64,000 nucleotides of DNA from a virus. Lineage: Duplodnaviria; Caudoviricetes. Below are positions 10,895 through 22,233 of the stretch, piece after piece (within the stretch, counting starts at the first letter, position 1; every line of letters begins with the position of its first letter). The stretch lies in IMG/VR virus record IMGVR_UViG_3300014205_000173; one strand, 5' to 3'. The position numbers and the translations under genes are program-made. The notes below the pieces were generated by a model. The model did no database searches. It saw only the letters and a program-made list of their open reading frames with translations, and was not told the origin of the DNA.

Positions 10895-11164
10895 TTAAAC
10901 GGCTGTAGTAAGTCCAGTAGTACCAACTGGAGGTGGTTCGTCTGCTAAATTTAAAGGCTTGTTAAAAATTGCTTGCTTAGGATACGTATAATATATAGCT
11001 CTATTTTCAGCACCTTTAAATGAAAATCCAGTAAGACCTTTTTTTGCCCCACTTTCTCTACTTAAATAATCTATTATACGTTCTGCTAGCTTCTTTATAT
11101 TCTCAGATTCACCTTTGCCTAGCTTTCTATTCAAGGAAATCTTTATGTTTTTTTCATTTTCCAT
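10895..11164 (-). CDS. Small hypothetical virion-block protein
   Basis: 89-aa ORF with GGAGA SD between tail genes. Confidence 0.6.
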   Translation of the reverse strand: MENEKNIKISLNRKLGKGESENIKKLAERIIDYLSRESGAKKGLTGFSFKGAENRAIYYTYPKQAIFNKPLNLADEPPPVGTTGLTTAV

Positions 11165-11174
11165 TTTTATCTCC

Positions 11175-14165
11175 TTACAGGTGCTCTGCCTGTATATCTA
11201 TTTTGTAACCATATTTGGCATCCGTAGGATCAATAGTACCACTAACAGATATTACACGATATTTCATCTCAAATACTTCTTCACCAGTTCCTAAAACTAT
11301 TTTATCTCTATGAACAATTTTTATTATATCCAACGGTCTTATTGTTGGTCTACCATAAGTAAAGAAATTTACCTTCATTGGAGCCTGAAACATATGTTTT
11401 GCTACTAACTTTCTAAAAAAATCTATATGAGCCATATCTCCAAAAGCAGGTTGTTCTGTTCTAAATATTTTTCTATACCCAATAAAGTTTTTTGAATTTG
11501 GATTTTCAACAGAGTCAATATCTGATGCAGTTCCGTCCATAACCAAACTTCCATCAGTTCTATCTACAGACTGAATCTGTATTTGATTTACTAAATCTTT
11601 TACTGATTTATCAAAACCAAACTGTTCGTAAATTCTTTGAAAAGGATTAGGTGGCAAAGAGCCATCCTCATAAAAAACATAACTTGGATGAGTGACATCT
11701 AAATCGTCTAATAAAATCATTGGACCTAAATATCCAAATCCAGAACCATTAGATCTGTTTTTAATTGCATTTGAATAAATGTCAGTCAAAATAATTGTAC
11801 CATCTGGTTCTGTTCTAATAACGTGCATATGAAAACTTGCTATTTTTTGAATAGCCTCAAAAACAGACGTTCCTGAATCAAACCTAATTTTAGGATCTTG
11901 AAATGTATATCCCATTGGCAAAATATGTCTATGCGCAAAATCAGAAACTATATCAAACAATCCTTGTGGTATTCCTGTTTGAGTTGCACATGATAAGAAT
12001 GCTTTATCAACATTCATTCCATCAAAAATAGGACTATTTAAAATTGGAGAAGATTCCAATATTTCAAATCTATCACTACAATCCAAACTAACAATATCTT
12101 CCGCATACTGATCTGTTCTAGGTCCACATCTAGCTAGTCCTGTAAAAACCTTAACTAGCTTTCCACCATATGTAGTAGTTGATTTGTCATAAAAAAACAT
12201 CTCTTCATCAATTAGTGCCGGATCTTGATGAGTGCCTCCAATCCATCCTAAAGATACTTCCACCTCACGAACACCACCTTGAAGCCAATCCATTAACTCA
12301 TCTCGTGTAACTCCAATATTAAAATCATCAACAGTATTATTTAGCTGATAATCTTTGGGGATATAACATTCTATTTTAAAATTTTGTCTTATAATATAGT
12401 AGTCTTGGGCATCTGTATTATAAGAGAGTTGTTTTACTATATTCGTTATATCAAGTTCTTCAGGAATTGGAAGAGGAGGTATAGATTGGTCTCCTCTAAA
12501 TCTCCAAACAACAGGAGAAGCAAATCTTTTCCCTATATTCTCAGTATATTTGCCCTTCATAAAAGAAGGTTCGTCACAATTTAAATCTACTGTAAAAAAG
12601 AAATTCTTAAATAAAACAGGATATGATGTGGTTGTTTGAATACCATAACTAGCATTTGTTTCGCTTTGCAATCCCTCTCCAGTTGTTGGTGATTTCAGAT
12701 AAGCTTTTACAAGCCTTCTTATGTCTGATGGTTCTTCCGTAACTGGAATCATCATAGATGTATATGAATTTGATGACGCTCCATGTCCGGGATAGGGATC
12801 ACTAACAATATCAAATCCATAAGCTCCAGAATCGTCCACAGTATAAGTACTTCCATCAGGTGTTCTAGTCGCTTTAGAATAAGGGATTTCCATGAAGACT
12901 GCATTTTCACCACTCCTACCTCTCATATCAACCAAACCACCACCAAGGTCTTCTCTAATAGAAATTGGTATTAGCTTCACACTTGCATGTGGTTTTTTTT
13001 CTTTACCCTTTGGAGTATAAATATCAAACTCCAATGGATTATAATTAAATCTAAACTTAAATCCACGTCCGAGAATGCAAGTCTTACCGGGAGGCATAAA
13101 AAAATTTTCATACCTAGCCTGAGTTCTTTCACTAGCCTTAGATCCAATTGCCTGAGGGAACACCCAAACACTAGAAGAAAAATCAGATTTTACAATTAAC
13201 TTGCCCTTTAATACAAAGAAATATAATCTAAAGTTTTCTATCTCTCTAGTTAAAATCCAACTAGAATCATCGTTTCTGCTAGCAATATACCCTTTATAAC
13301 TTTTTGAGCTTCTACCTTCTTCGTTTGGGTCAACTCCATCTCCTTGATGATCCCAAATAAATGGGGCTTTACCTATTGGGAAAACTATATCAAACGGACC
13401 AAGATAATCAAAGTTCCCTTGATTTGAAACAGGGGCAACATAATTGCCAACAACCCTGTCTTTAGTGTCTTCTACAGACCATCCCATTCTAATTGCAAAA
13501 AAAGATTTAACTTCGTTCTCTTCTCCATAAAGCTCAAATTTATTAAAAGAATTTATTTCAGATTCTGGAATTGGATCTGGATCATCTCCCGGTCTTTTAT
13601 GTACATCTATCCAAAAAGATTCATTTGTAAAATTTCCATATTCCTGCGAAAGAAACCATTCAACATTTGGATTGCTTTCCTTTTGATGTATCCATGTAAC
13701 AGGAACCTTTCTTTCCGATGAAGATTGCCCAAATCTTGTATCCATAAATTCCTCTTCAATAAGAGGAGAATAATCGGTTTCTTTTTTTTCCCATGGCTCT
13801 TTGTAATCAGTGAAACTAGATCCTATTTGTTGACAAATAGTTGGATGAGATCTCCAAACTCTTTTCTTTTTTTCATTAGAACTCTCATCTATGCCATTTG
13901 GGGTTGATACAACATATCTTCCTTCATTTGGAACTGGAGAGTTAATTACATAATTATTTCTGTTTGCATATAATGGATTTACCATCATTGCCCCTACAGT
14001 TGATTCGTAGTAGGCATTACCCGCTCTAAAATTTTCTTGACCATACCCAGTAGAAAATTCTTTTAATTGAATGTCAAATTGCTTTTGAGCAGGAAGAACC
14101 CACTGAAATTGTTTTTTCCTTAAAATAACTTTAGCAATAGGTTGTCCTACATATTCTGTCGCCAT
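11175..14165 (-). CDS. Baseplate hub / tail tip protein
   Basis: Two genes after the tape measure. C-terminal hub-like signatures VFTG...SLDCSDRF..L, SVFEAIQKIA, IRTEPDGTIIL, GRPTIRPLDIIKI. Confidence 0.65.
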   Translation of the reverse strand: MATEYVGQPIAKVILRKKQFQWVLPAQKQFDIQLKEFSTGYGQENFRAGNAYYESTVGAMMVNPLYANRNNYVINSPVPNEGRYVVSTPNGIDESSNEKKKRVWRSHPTICQQIGSSFTDYKEPWEKKETDYSPLIEEEFMDTRFGQSSSERKVPVTWIHQKESNPNVEWFLSQEYGNFTNESFWIDVHKRPGDDPDPIPESEINSFNKFELYGEENEVKSFFAIRMGWSVEDTKDRVVGNYVAPVSNQGNFDYLGPFDIVFPIGKAPFIWDHQGDGVDPNEEGRSSKSYKGYIASRNDDSSWILTREIENFRLYFFVLKGKLIVKSDFSSSVWVFPQAIGSKASERTQARYENFFMPPGKTCILGRGFKFRFNYNPLEFDIYTPKGKEKKPHASVKLIPISIREDLGGGLVDMRGRSGENAVFMEIPYSKATRTPDGSTYTVDDSGAYGFDIVSDPYPGHGASSNSYTSMMIPVTEEPSDIRRLVKAYLKSPTTGEGLQSETNASYGIQTTTSYPVLFKNFFFTVDLNCDEPSFMKGKYTENIGKRFASPVVWRFRGDQSIPPLPIPEELDITNIVKQLSYNTDAQDYYIIRQNFKIECYIPKDYQLNNTVDDFNIGVTRDELMDWLQGGVREVEVSLGWIGGTHQDPALIDEEMFFYDKSTTTYGGKLVKVFTGLARCGPRTDQYAEDIVSLDCSDRFEILESSPILNSPIFDGMNVDKAFLSCATQTGIPQGLFDIVSDFAHRHILPMGYTFQDPKIRFDSGTSVFEAIQKIASFHMHVIRTEPDGTIILTDIYSNAIKNRSNGSGFGYLGPMILLDDLDVTHPSYVFYEDGSLPPNPFQRIYEQFGFDKSVKDLVNQIQIQSVDRTDGSLVMDGTASDIDSVENPNSKNFIGYRKIFRTEQPAFGDMAHIDFFRKLVAKHMFQAPMKVNFFTYGRPTIRPLDIIKIVHRDKIVLGTGEEVFEMKYRVISVSGTIDPTDAKYGYKIDIQAEHL

Positions 14166-14174
14166 TTAAATTCC

Positions 14175-17100
14175 TTAAACATTTAAATCTAATTTCCACC
14201 TTTTACCATCAGAGCTAGATGTTACGCATCTTAATGATTTGTTTTCTCCAACAAAAAACAACCAACTCATACCGTCTTCTGTCCAATTTACAGATACCTG
14301 TTGAGGAACAAATGGTTCTTCTAGTGCAACACCACTTAAATCCGTATTCTCTTCAGACAATCCATTAGTAGTTCCTATAATTAGGGTTGGCTTTTTTTGG
14401 TTTGCAATTTCCTGAAAAAAATCATCAGTAGAAGAATTTGGACCCTCTTTTTGTTTAAGAATTGCTCCTGGAACTCTGTAAACAAACAACTTATCTGTAG
14501 TTGATATAAATATATGTAAACCCTCCATTCCTTGATCATACGATAAAGTAAGTGCGTATATTGAAAATGATTGTAGAGTTTTTTGAAGAAATCCATTTTC
14601 ATTAAAGAAATCGACTCCAATATCAGACCATCCACTTGAATTATATTCAGTTCCACCTTCGCTTGAATTTATCCTTATTCTCATTTCATTGTCTAGTGAT
14701 TTTGAAACAAAATAAATAACACCTCTTTCGGAAAGAGTTGCAGAGAAAATAGCACTTGAATTAAATGTTATTGGTAAAATATGATTCCCAGAACCATTAA
14801 AATATTCTTTCCAAGATTTTTTTTCTTCATTTCTCATCATTGATGATCTACTATTTTCTGGCTCAGTTATTGACGGATCTCCAGTACCAGTATTTCCAGA
14901 AGAACTATAAGACTCATCATCATCTCCCTTAACCAGCTTCATAAACATTGATCTTGTAACATGAATTAAATTTACTGAATTATCAGTATTTCTATAAACA
15001 AACAAAAACAACATATCGTTTGCTTCATTTCCCAAAACTAAAGGGTGACTACAATTAGATAAAACTGGTATTGGCTTAAAGGAATCAGAAGACTGTAAAT
15101 CAGAAATGCCGGGACGTTTCCAAAACTGTCCATCCTTTGAAGACATAACAGCCTTAATTTGATTAAATGTATTTCCGGAATCAGAATAATAAAATATAAC
15201 ATAATCCCCAGTTGTAAATAACTCTATATCTCCAGAAACTCCATTTACAAATTTATCATTATCTACATATTGTACATTTATTTTTTCTATTTTACCAGTA
15301 TTTGTATTTTCTTTTTCAATTACCTTCAACTTACTTAGTCCTTGGGAATATGGTATTTGAATATACCCTTGACCATTTAAAGTTGTTGCATCGTTATACG
15401 TTGATAAAAATAAAGAATGTTTTGTTCCAGAACCATCAACATATCCAAAACTTGAAAAATCACTACCACTAGAAGCTTGTAAGAAAAAAATACCATTATC
15501 ATTTTCAAAACTAAAAGAATTTTTTTTAGATGTATATATTTCAAGTCCAACAGCAGTTCTATTTGGTTCTTCAATACTAAAAATTCCATCTATAGAAATA
15601 TCTTCTCCAATTTTTTTCTCTTTTACACTTAAGGGTCCTGTATAAATTGGAATATTCCTTCTTAAACTTTTATTAGAAAAATCATAAATAGATTCTTGAG
15701 AATCTCTATCTTCAAATTTTGTAAAACTATATTTCATGTTTAAAATATTGTTATTATTATAAATTATAGAAAATTTTCTCATTTTACTATCAAATACAGA
15801 ATCTATTTTGGTTTGTGCTTGAGGTTCTGGAGGAACATAATCAATCGTTTGCATTTCAGTAAATGGTGCGTTACTTCCATTTACTGCAACTGTAGTGTGT
15901 ACAATATCTATAATAGGAAAATCAGTAATATTATTCCCCATCTTAATTGTTTTGTTTGCCAAATCACTAGGTTCAGCAAAAGCATCAATATAATAAAATG
16001 GAGAAGATAAATCTCCAACAACAGCCAAAGATCCCGGTGAAAAATTAGAAGCGTTCTCAGTTCCAGTTTCTTGAGAAAAAAACCAACTATCACCAGACAA
16101 AGTAACAAAACCTCGTGTTGGACAAATTAGGTGAGAATAATCTCCGTAAAGAGTTGATGAATACGCAGCATCAACTCTCTCTAAACTTGGTAATGAATCT
16201 AAATTTATAGAAACATCACTAATCGTAACACCACCAACACTAACCCCATTCAACACTCTTACTGCTAATTGACTACCAGATTTTAAATAATTTTTATGAT
16301 CAAAAGTAACTGATACAGATGCCTTTTCAAGGTCTATTTTATCATTGAACATTATTTGACCAGTAAATGGATTTATTTGAGATAACTCAGATCCAAATGT
16401 TCCAAACTCAGAAGAATTTGAAATAATTTTAGTTGCTATAAAAGTATTATTTACAAATATTTTTGGAGCCCAAACTTCCGGATCAAAAGTAAAAGAGTAT
16501 ATAAAATTATCTATTTCTCTGTATGATAAATTTATATCAAATAATCTGCCATTTAATGTTTCATCTTCTCCTGAATATGGTCTGCAATAAAGCCTCAAAG
16601 GGTCAAATGCATTAAATTTTATCCTTCCTAAAAATGGAGATTCACTTTGACTTTCATTAAAACAAACAGCACTATAAAACTTATAAATTTGTTTAAAGTT
16701 TTCTTCGTTTGATGGTTTATATAAAACCTCAATTTCATACTTATAAAAATCTTCAGTGTTTCCATCAACAGTAACATTAAAGCTTATGTCTTGAAAAATT
16801 ATTGACACAGGATTAGATCCACCATCAACATTTGAAGGTATTAATCCTGTTGTCTGAAATATTACAGAATACCCAGTTCCAACATCTATTTTTACAGATT
16901 CTGATTCCCTTTTTTCAACAGCAATAACATGATCGCTTACATACTCAACCAACTGACATATTTTATAATAAGCTTGAGAATAGTTTCCACTAAGTAGGTC
17001 TTGCCCTGATCCTAATTTGTCTTTATCAAACAGTGGTGGTGCAAGAAAAGAACCAACGGACTCCTTTGCTGGGTCAACTTTAATGAGATTGCTTCTACAT

Positions 17101-19328
17101 ACAATAACTGGTTCATTTTCAAAAATACTATCAGAAAGTTCTATTAAATCGGTAGCAGTACTTCTTGAAATTCTATACCATGCAGTAAATTCATCTGGAT
17201 CTGAAAGAGATATTACTGGAGATATTTTTAATTTCTTTATATAAGATGGAAAAAATAATCTTCCTTGAAATTCTAAAATAGATCCATCTGGAGTTCCATA
17301 ACTAATATTTGTTTTTACTGCATTTTCGATATATACATAAATAGAAGTTTCAGTAGGTTCATATAGGTTCCCATCGTCATCAATCCAAGATGGAATAACT
17401 TCTAAAATATAATTTCCACCAGTCCTTGCAGCAGAAGAAACAACCCTTCCAGTAAGCTTATAGTTTAAGCCATAAGGACATACCTTTCTCCAATATCTCA
17501 TTTCTGCACCAAAATCACCAAAAAAACCATAAAACCTATCGTCTATTAATTGATTATTCCTGTTAAAATTACCATAAAGCCCATAAATCCTATCAACCAA
17601 TGTTATGTTACCATCACCATCATAATCTCTATCAGAAACTCCTGAAGACTCTAAGCACAATCTTCTTGATTGATCTTTAAGAATATCAGAATCTATTCCG
17701 TTCAAAGTAATTTTTTTTGAATCACTGACTTCAAACTCCTCAGCAGACTCTTCATATAAAGAAGATTCTGAACTCAATCTACCTCCGATTAAATTATATA
17801 AAATATTTATTACTTGAAATCCCAAAAAAGTTCCATCCTGAATTCCCAAATAATTATTTCCAAAAATAATACTCCCCTTATCTTTTCTTAAAGAAAAAAC
17901 CTCTTCAGAAAATTCTGTAGAATTATGTTTTAAGAATACTCCATAAACATTTGCTATTTTAGAAAGTTCAGAAATAGCAGTAGTGGTTATATCAAGTATT
18001 TTTATTCCATTTGTATTTTCAGAAAGATTCATTCCAGATAAAAAAGCGGCTGAATATTTGTTTCCTGTGTCAGAAAGTGCTACACTTTTTACAAATGATG
18101 CCACAGTACTCATGTTTTCGTTTTCCCAACCTAAATCTTTTGAAAAATCATCAGTTGGAACAACTGTATAAAAATCATCCAAACTAAACTTTTCCTTCAA
18201 TATATTGCCAGCAGAAACTAAGTCTGTCGTGTTTGATACCAATCCTTCTACTGTCATTGAATCAAATGTTATGAAATTAAATACGGCTTTATTTTCTTCA
18301 GTTTTATCAACAAAATTATCTACCAATACAGATAACGAATCTGCAATAGACAAGTAAATTGATTTATATTTTATATTTCTCTCAAAACAAATATAATATA
18401 TTGTAGATTTTAATAATTTTTTTTCAGAATATGTTGACGAAACATATTCCAATTTTCTAGAGTTTAATGTTCTGTATGCATCGGCTCTAATAACCGTTGC
18501 AAATGCCGCACTAATTGGACCAAGTGTACCAGTAAGAGATTGAGAAGATATATTGAATTTCACACTACTTCTAAGTGCTATCTGTCCATTTCCATCAATA
18601 ATATCACATGTGTTATAGACATTGTTGCTTGAAGATGCTGAACCAAAATTTCCTAAAAAAAACGCACTAGGAAATGGTATTACTATTGGTAAAAATAATG
18701 CATTTAGATCTATATTAACGAAGTGTCTTACCTGAATTGCTTGTGCTGGAACCATAGAAGATGGAACACCACCAGTATTTGTTGGAGTTCTCCAAGAGCC
18801 TCCATCTATATTGTTCATCAAAAATTTTCTTTTCTGATCAAGCTTTTCCTTCCCATAATTGTATCCATAATAAAGCCAAGGAGTCCACGGACTTGAACTC
18901 ATTATTATTATTTCTATTGTATCTAAAACTCCAAACTCACTTGTAAACTTTGTTTTATCAATAAAAATAACACCCTCTTGTTTTCCGTTATTGGTTATAA
19001 AATTACCAATTATTCCAGAAGGAACTTTAAATATTCCATCGTAAATAATAGTTTTATTTACAGAAAGTCCAAGAAACCATTTTTGACTATTATATCCACC
19101 ATACGAAGATATAACTAAAGACTCACCCAAGTTTTGCAACTCTTCAAGATTTAAGTTTGTATCAAAATCACCAGTAGCAGAAACAACATCAGATCTTTCT
19201 ATAGGTCTATTTATTAATAGTTTGTCATCTGCAAGAAAGGGAAAATTTGTTTTATACCTAATAAAACTGTCATTTTCGACTTCTTTATATGCATAAAAAT
19301 AGTGAGTTAATCTTTTTAATCCAGCCAT
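14175..19328 (-). CDS. 1717-aa tail tip/structural protein
   Basis: Directly after the tape measure gene. Asp-box-like SSKDGQFW and SSSDGKRW; EF-hand/dockerin-like DYDGDGNITLVD. Confidence 0.55.
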   Translation of the reverse strand: MAGLKRLTHYFYAYKEVENDSFIRYKTNFPFLADDKLLINRPIERSDVVSATGDFDTNLNLEELQNLGESLVISSYGGYNSQKWFLGLSVNKTIIYDGIFKVPSGIIGNFITNNGKQEGVIFIDKTKFTSEFGVLDTIEIIIMSSSPWTPWLYYGYNYGKEKLDQKRKFLMNNIDGGSWRTPTNTGGVPSSMVPAQAIQVRHFVNIDLNALFLPIVIPFPSAFFLGNFGSASSSNNVYNTCDIIDGNGQIALRSSVKFNISSQSLTGTLGPISAAFATVIRADAYRTLNSRKLEYVSSTYSEKKLLKSTIYYICFERNIKYKSIYLSIADSLSVLVDNFVDKTEENKAVFNFITFDSMTVEGLVSNTTDLVSAGNILKEKFSLDDFYTVVPTDDFSKDLGWENENMSTVASFVKSVALSDTGNKYSAAFLSGMNLSENTNGIKILDITTTAISELSKIANVYGVFLKHNSTEFSEEVFSLRKDKGSIIFGNNYLGIQDGTFLGFQVINILYNLIGGRLSSESSLYEESAEEFEVSDSKKITLNGIDSDILKDQSRRLCLESSGVSDRDYDGDGNITLVDRIYGLYGNFNRNNQLIDDRFYGFFGDFGAEMRYWRKVCPYGLNYKLTGRVVSSAARTGGNYILEVIPSWIDDDGNLYEPTETSIYVYIENAVKTNISYGTPDGSILEFQGRLFFPSYIKKLKISPVISLSDPDEFTAWYRISRSTATDLIELSDSIFENEPVIVCRSNLIKVDPAKESVGSFLAPPLFDKDKLGSGQDLLSGNYSQAYYKICQLVEYVSDHVIAVEKRESESVKIDVGTGYSVIFQTTGLIPSNVDGGSNPVSIIFQDISFNVTVDGNTEDFYKYEIEVLYKPSNEENFKQIYKFYSAVCFNESQSESPFLGRIKFNAFDPLRLYCRPYSGEDETLNGRLFDINLSYREIDNFIYSFTFDPEVWAPKIFVNNTFIATKIISNSSEFGTFGSELSQINPFTGQIMFNDKIDLEKASVSVTFDHKNYLKSGSQLAVRVLNGVSVGGVTISDVSINLDSLPSLERVDAAYSSTLYGDYSHLICPTRGFVTLSGDSWFFSQETGTENASNFSPGSLAVVGDLSSPFYYIDAFAEPSDLANKTIKMGNNITDFPIIDIVHTTVAVNGSNAPFTEMQTIDYVPPEPQAQTKIDSVFDSKMRKFSIIYNNNNILNMKYSFTKFEDRDSQESIYDFSNKSLRRNIPIYTGPLSVKEKKIGEDISIDGIFSIEEPNRTAVGLEIYTSKKNSFSFENDNGIFFLQASSGSDFSSFGYVDGSGTKHSLFLSTYNDATTLNGQGYIQIPYSQGLSKLKVIEKENTNTGKIEKINVQYVDNDKFVNGVSGDIELFTTGDYVIFYYSDSGNTFNQIKAVMSSKDGQFWKRPGISDLQSSDSFKPIPVLSNCSHPLVLGNEANDMLFLFVYRNTDNSVNLIHVTRSMFMKLVKGDDDESYSSSGNTGTGDPSITEPENSRSSMMRNEEKKSWKEYFNGSGNHILPITFNSSAIFSATLSERGVIYFVSKSLDNEMRIRINSSEGGTEYNSSGWSDIGVDFFNENGFLQKTLQSFSIYALTLSYDQGMEGLHIFISTTDKLFVYRVPGAILKQKEGPNSSTDDFFQEIANQKKPTLIIGTTNGLSEENTDLSGVALEEPFVPQQVSVNWTEDGMSWLFFVGENKSLRCVTSSSDGKRWKLDLNV

Positions 19329-22231
19329 TATGTTGGTCCAGATATAGAAGCGTTTCCTGCCGCTTTAGTTATATTCCCCAATAAAGGTGCTACTCCTAAA
19401 GTGTTTCCAATCTCATCTTTTATTGTTAATATTACATTTATGACTTTTTCTAAAGCTTCTTTTTGCATTATTTGACTTTCTGCAACATCAGAAGCACCAA
19501 CATCAGTATATCCGTATTTTTTATTTTCAGCCATACGTATTGCGGCTGCCTGCCTTGGGCTTACTCTTCCATGCTGCAAATCCTTTGCAAGCATAAAACT
19601 TGGAGAAACACCAACGGCTCTTGCTCCTTTAGCATAATCTTCTCTTGTAAATCCAATTGACCCATAAGAGTCAGACAATTCTTTATCTGCTTTACTTTTT
19701 AAAATATTAATTTTATTAGTAATATTATCAGTAGTTGTCCCTGAAGATCCGTTTCTATAGCTAACAGCAGTCCCAGTATTCCTTGAATTATAAACACCAG
19801 AAATGCCCGTAGATGTTCCTGAACCAACAATGCTTACATTCACAGCATTACTTCCACCAGTAGTTTTATTTACTATGTTAAACAAACTCTTCATTGTTTG
19901 ATCCGTTCTTTTTGTTGCATCAGCCGTCTTCTCAAGAGCTTTACCCGAATCTGTATCTTTTAATGGATCTAGCCCTCCCTGCTGTTCTGCTCCCATCAAT
20001 GCTCCATAAGAATGAGCATTTACTCCTCTATTTAAGTAATCTACGGTTTGTCCATATCCACCAGAAACCTGTAATCCACCAGTTGTATATTTTCCGGGTT
20101 GATCTATTGCAGATCTTCCTGTTCCACCTAAAGGTGCTATATCAGCAAAAAACTGATTCCCAGAACCAACCTTTGGAAGTATTTTTGCAAACCCACCAGC
20201 ACCAAAAACATTTTCTTTAAATGCATCTAAATAGCCTTCACGTATTGATTTTGACTCTTTGAAAAAATCTATTTTTGTTTGCTCTATCTCTATTCTAACA
20301 TCTTTGGCTTGTTTCTCAAAATCTAAAGCAGCTTCCATATTACCAGACTCTCTTTCTTTTGCTGCCTGCTGTAACATAGACTGCATTTTAGATTCAAGAA
20401 CAGGAATTTGTGCTGCCACATCCTTTATTATATCTAATTGATCTGAGTATGAAATTCCCATTCCCAACCTTGCTTCAATATTTCTATCTCTAATTATTTT
20501 TGACAAAGACACTTCTTGTTTTTGAAGTTCCATTTGAGCATCAAGAACAGTCGTTTTAGATTTTAGCTCACTATCAGCACGATTTTTTGTAAGTGTATAT
20601 ATTTGAGAATCTATTTTTAACATTGCTTCTTTTGCCATAAGAGCTTCTGTTTCGTCTCCCTCACTTATGGCAATATCATATTGTTCTTTTAGAATAGATA
20701 ATTTTTGTTGTAATATTGGTATTTCACTTTTTATTGCTTCTGCTTGTGCTTCCGCAAATTTTGCAGCACTTGTAGAATAACCAACATTAGAACCAACAAC
20801 AGAACCCAATTGACTATAAATATCTTTTATTCCACCAAGAGATTCCAATATCATTCCTTGGTTATTTTGCCAAGTTTGTAGTTTTGCAGTAATACTATCT
20901 AACTCACCACCAACTCCACTATCACCAATTTCTTTAGAAGTTTCCTTTACTTCTTCTTTTATTCCTAAAATAGAATTTTTTGCTTTAACTGCTAGTTGAT
21001 AAATAAAATTATCCCCTGTTCCTCCAGACATTAAATCTTTTGTCATCTGACCTAATGCCGCAGCAGATGCAACCACCGATGCACCAGCCGCTATAATTCC
21101 AGCACCAGTTGCAACTGCTGCACCAGATCCCCCAGCAACCGCCACACCAGTACCTGCACCAACGCCAGAAGAAATACCCGGAGCTATTGTATTTATAATT
21201 CCAGATCCAACACCACCCCCATTGACAACTGAAACATACATTGGGTTATTTGGAGAAACACCTAACCCAGACCCACCACTAATCCCTCCGCCAGTCAATC
21301 CTCCAGCCAATCCTCCGGCTAATCCTGCACCAGTAAAAAAACTACCAACATGTCCCACCAACCCCAAACCAGCAGCGGCATTTCCATATCCCGGAGTATT
21401 TGCCATGTTGCCAGCCAATCCAGCAACTTTACCGCCAGCAGTAAGCGTTGTTTGTGCTACATTTGATTTTCCAATTGCCTGACCTATATCAAATTGTGCT
21501 TGACCAAAAGCTCTTTCAGACTCAAACTGATTTCTAGCATAACCCCTTTCTGATTTTCCTTCTCCTGACATTCCCCTTTTTGCTAATCTTGCAATTGCTT
21601 CATATTGTCCGTAGTCTATACTTCCTCTTTGAGATAGTAAACCAGCTAATCTTTCTGCCCTACCATAATCTCCACTAGAAATAGCTTCTCTTAATTGAGT
21701 ATATTTTGCAGCAGCAGAACCTACTTTGTTTGTTATATCTGATATTTCTTCTAGAGTTCCACCAAGTTTTGCTGCCTGATTTTGAATTGAAGCAAAATCA
21801 TTTACTATCTTTTGAGTTTGAATTCCCTTAAAACCACCAGTAATTGTTTTAAAAAGTTTTTCAGACTCTAATGTGGTTAATCTCGTTCCTTCTTTTGCCT
21901 TATCTATTGCATTCCTATAAACTTGTGCAGACTGAGCCGTTGTTTTAAATTCGCTAGAAAATGTAGAAAGTCTTTGTCCTCCAAGGTAAACTGCGTTTTG
22001 AAAATTAGCAACAGACTTTGTTGCCTCATTAAAAAACCCTATAAATTTTCCTGAAATTCCTAAAGGGGCTTTAAATATATCAGAAACAAGAGTTGATGTT
22101 CTTCCTGAAACATATGCTAATTCTGAGAGTTTTTGTTTTAAATTGCCTAAATTTTTTCCTAAACCAGCAACATCAACACCAGTCTTCCTTGATGCATCGC
22201 CAATATTTTTTATTTCATTAATAGCACTCAT
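19328..22231 (-). CDS. Tape measure protein
   Basis: Ala/Gly/Lys-rich helical and coiled-coil protein with Gly-rich hydrophobic segments, directly after tail tube and chaperones. ATG at 22231 preferred over TTG at 22237. Confidence 0.8.
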   Translation of the reverse strand: MSAINEIKNIGDASRKTGVDVAGLGKNLGNLKQKLSELAYVSGRTSTLVSDIFKAPLGISGKFIGFFNEATKSVANFQNAVYLGGQRLSTFSSEFKTTAQSAQVYRNAIDKAKEGTRLTTLESEKLFKTITGGFKGIQTQKIVNDFASIQNQAAKLGGTLEEISDITNKVGSAAAKYTQLREAISSGDYGRAERLAGLLSQRGSIDYGQYEAIARLAKRGMSGEGKSERGYARNQFESERAFGQAQFDIGQAIGKSNVAQTTLTAGGKVAGLAGNMANTPGYGNAAAGLGLVGHVGSFFTGAGLAGGLAGGLTGGGISGGSGLGVSPNNPMYVSVVNGGGVGSGIINTIAPGISSGVGAGTGVAVAGGSGAAVATGAGIIAAGASVVASAAALGQMTKDLMSGGTGDNFIYQLAVKAKNSILGIKEEVKETSKEIGDSGVGGELDSITAKLQTWQNNQGMILESLGGIKDIYSQLGSVVGSNVGYSTSAAKFAEAQAEAIKSEIPILQQKLSILKEQYDIAISEGDETEALMAKEAMLKIDSQIYTLTKNRADSELKSKTTVLDAQMELQKQEVSLSKIIRDRNIEARLGMGISYSDQLDIIKDVAAQIPVLESKMQSMLQQAAKERESGNMEAALDFEKQAKDVRIEIEQTKIDFFKESKSIREGYLDAFKENVFGAGGFAKILPKVGSGNQFFADIAPLGGTGRSAIDQPGKYTTGGLQVSGGYGQTVDYLNRGVNAHSYGALMGAEQQGGLDPLKDTDSGKALEKTADATKRTDQTMKSLFNIVNKTTGGSNAVNVSIVGSGTSTGISGVYNSRNTGTAVSYRNGSSGTTTDNITNKINILKSKADKELSDSYGSIGFTREDYAKGARAVGVSPSFMLAKDLQHGRVSPRQAAAIRMAENKKYGYTDVGASDVAESQIMQKEALEKVINVILTIKDEIGNTLGVAPLLGNITKAAGNASISGPT

Positions 22232-22233
22232 TC

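Noticed and set aside
19500-19660. Lytic transglycosylase domain at the tape measure C-terminus (ARAVGVSPSFMLA)
   Set aside because: It resembles the SLT entry helix, but no catalytic Glu-Ser or GLMQ motif follows.
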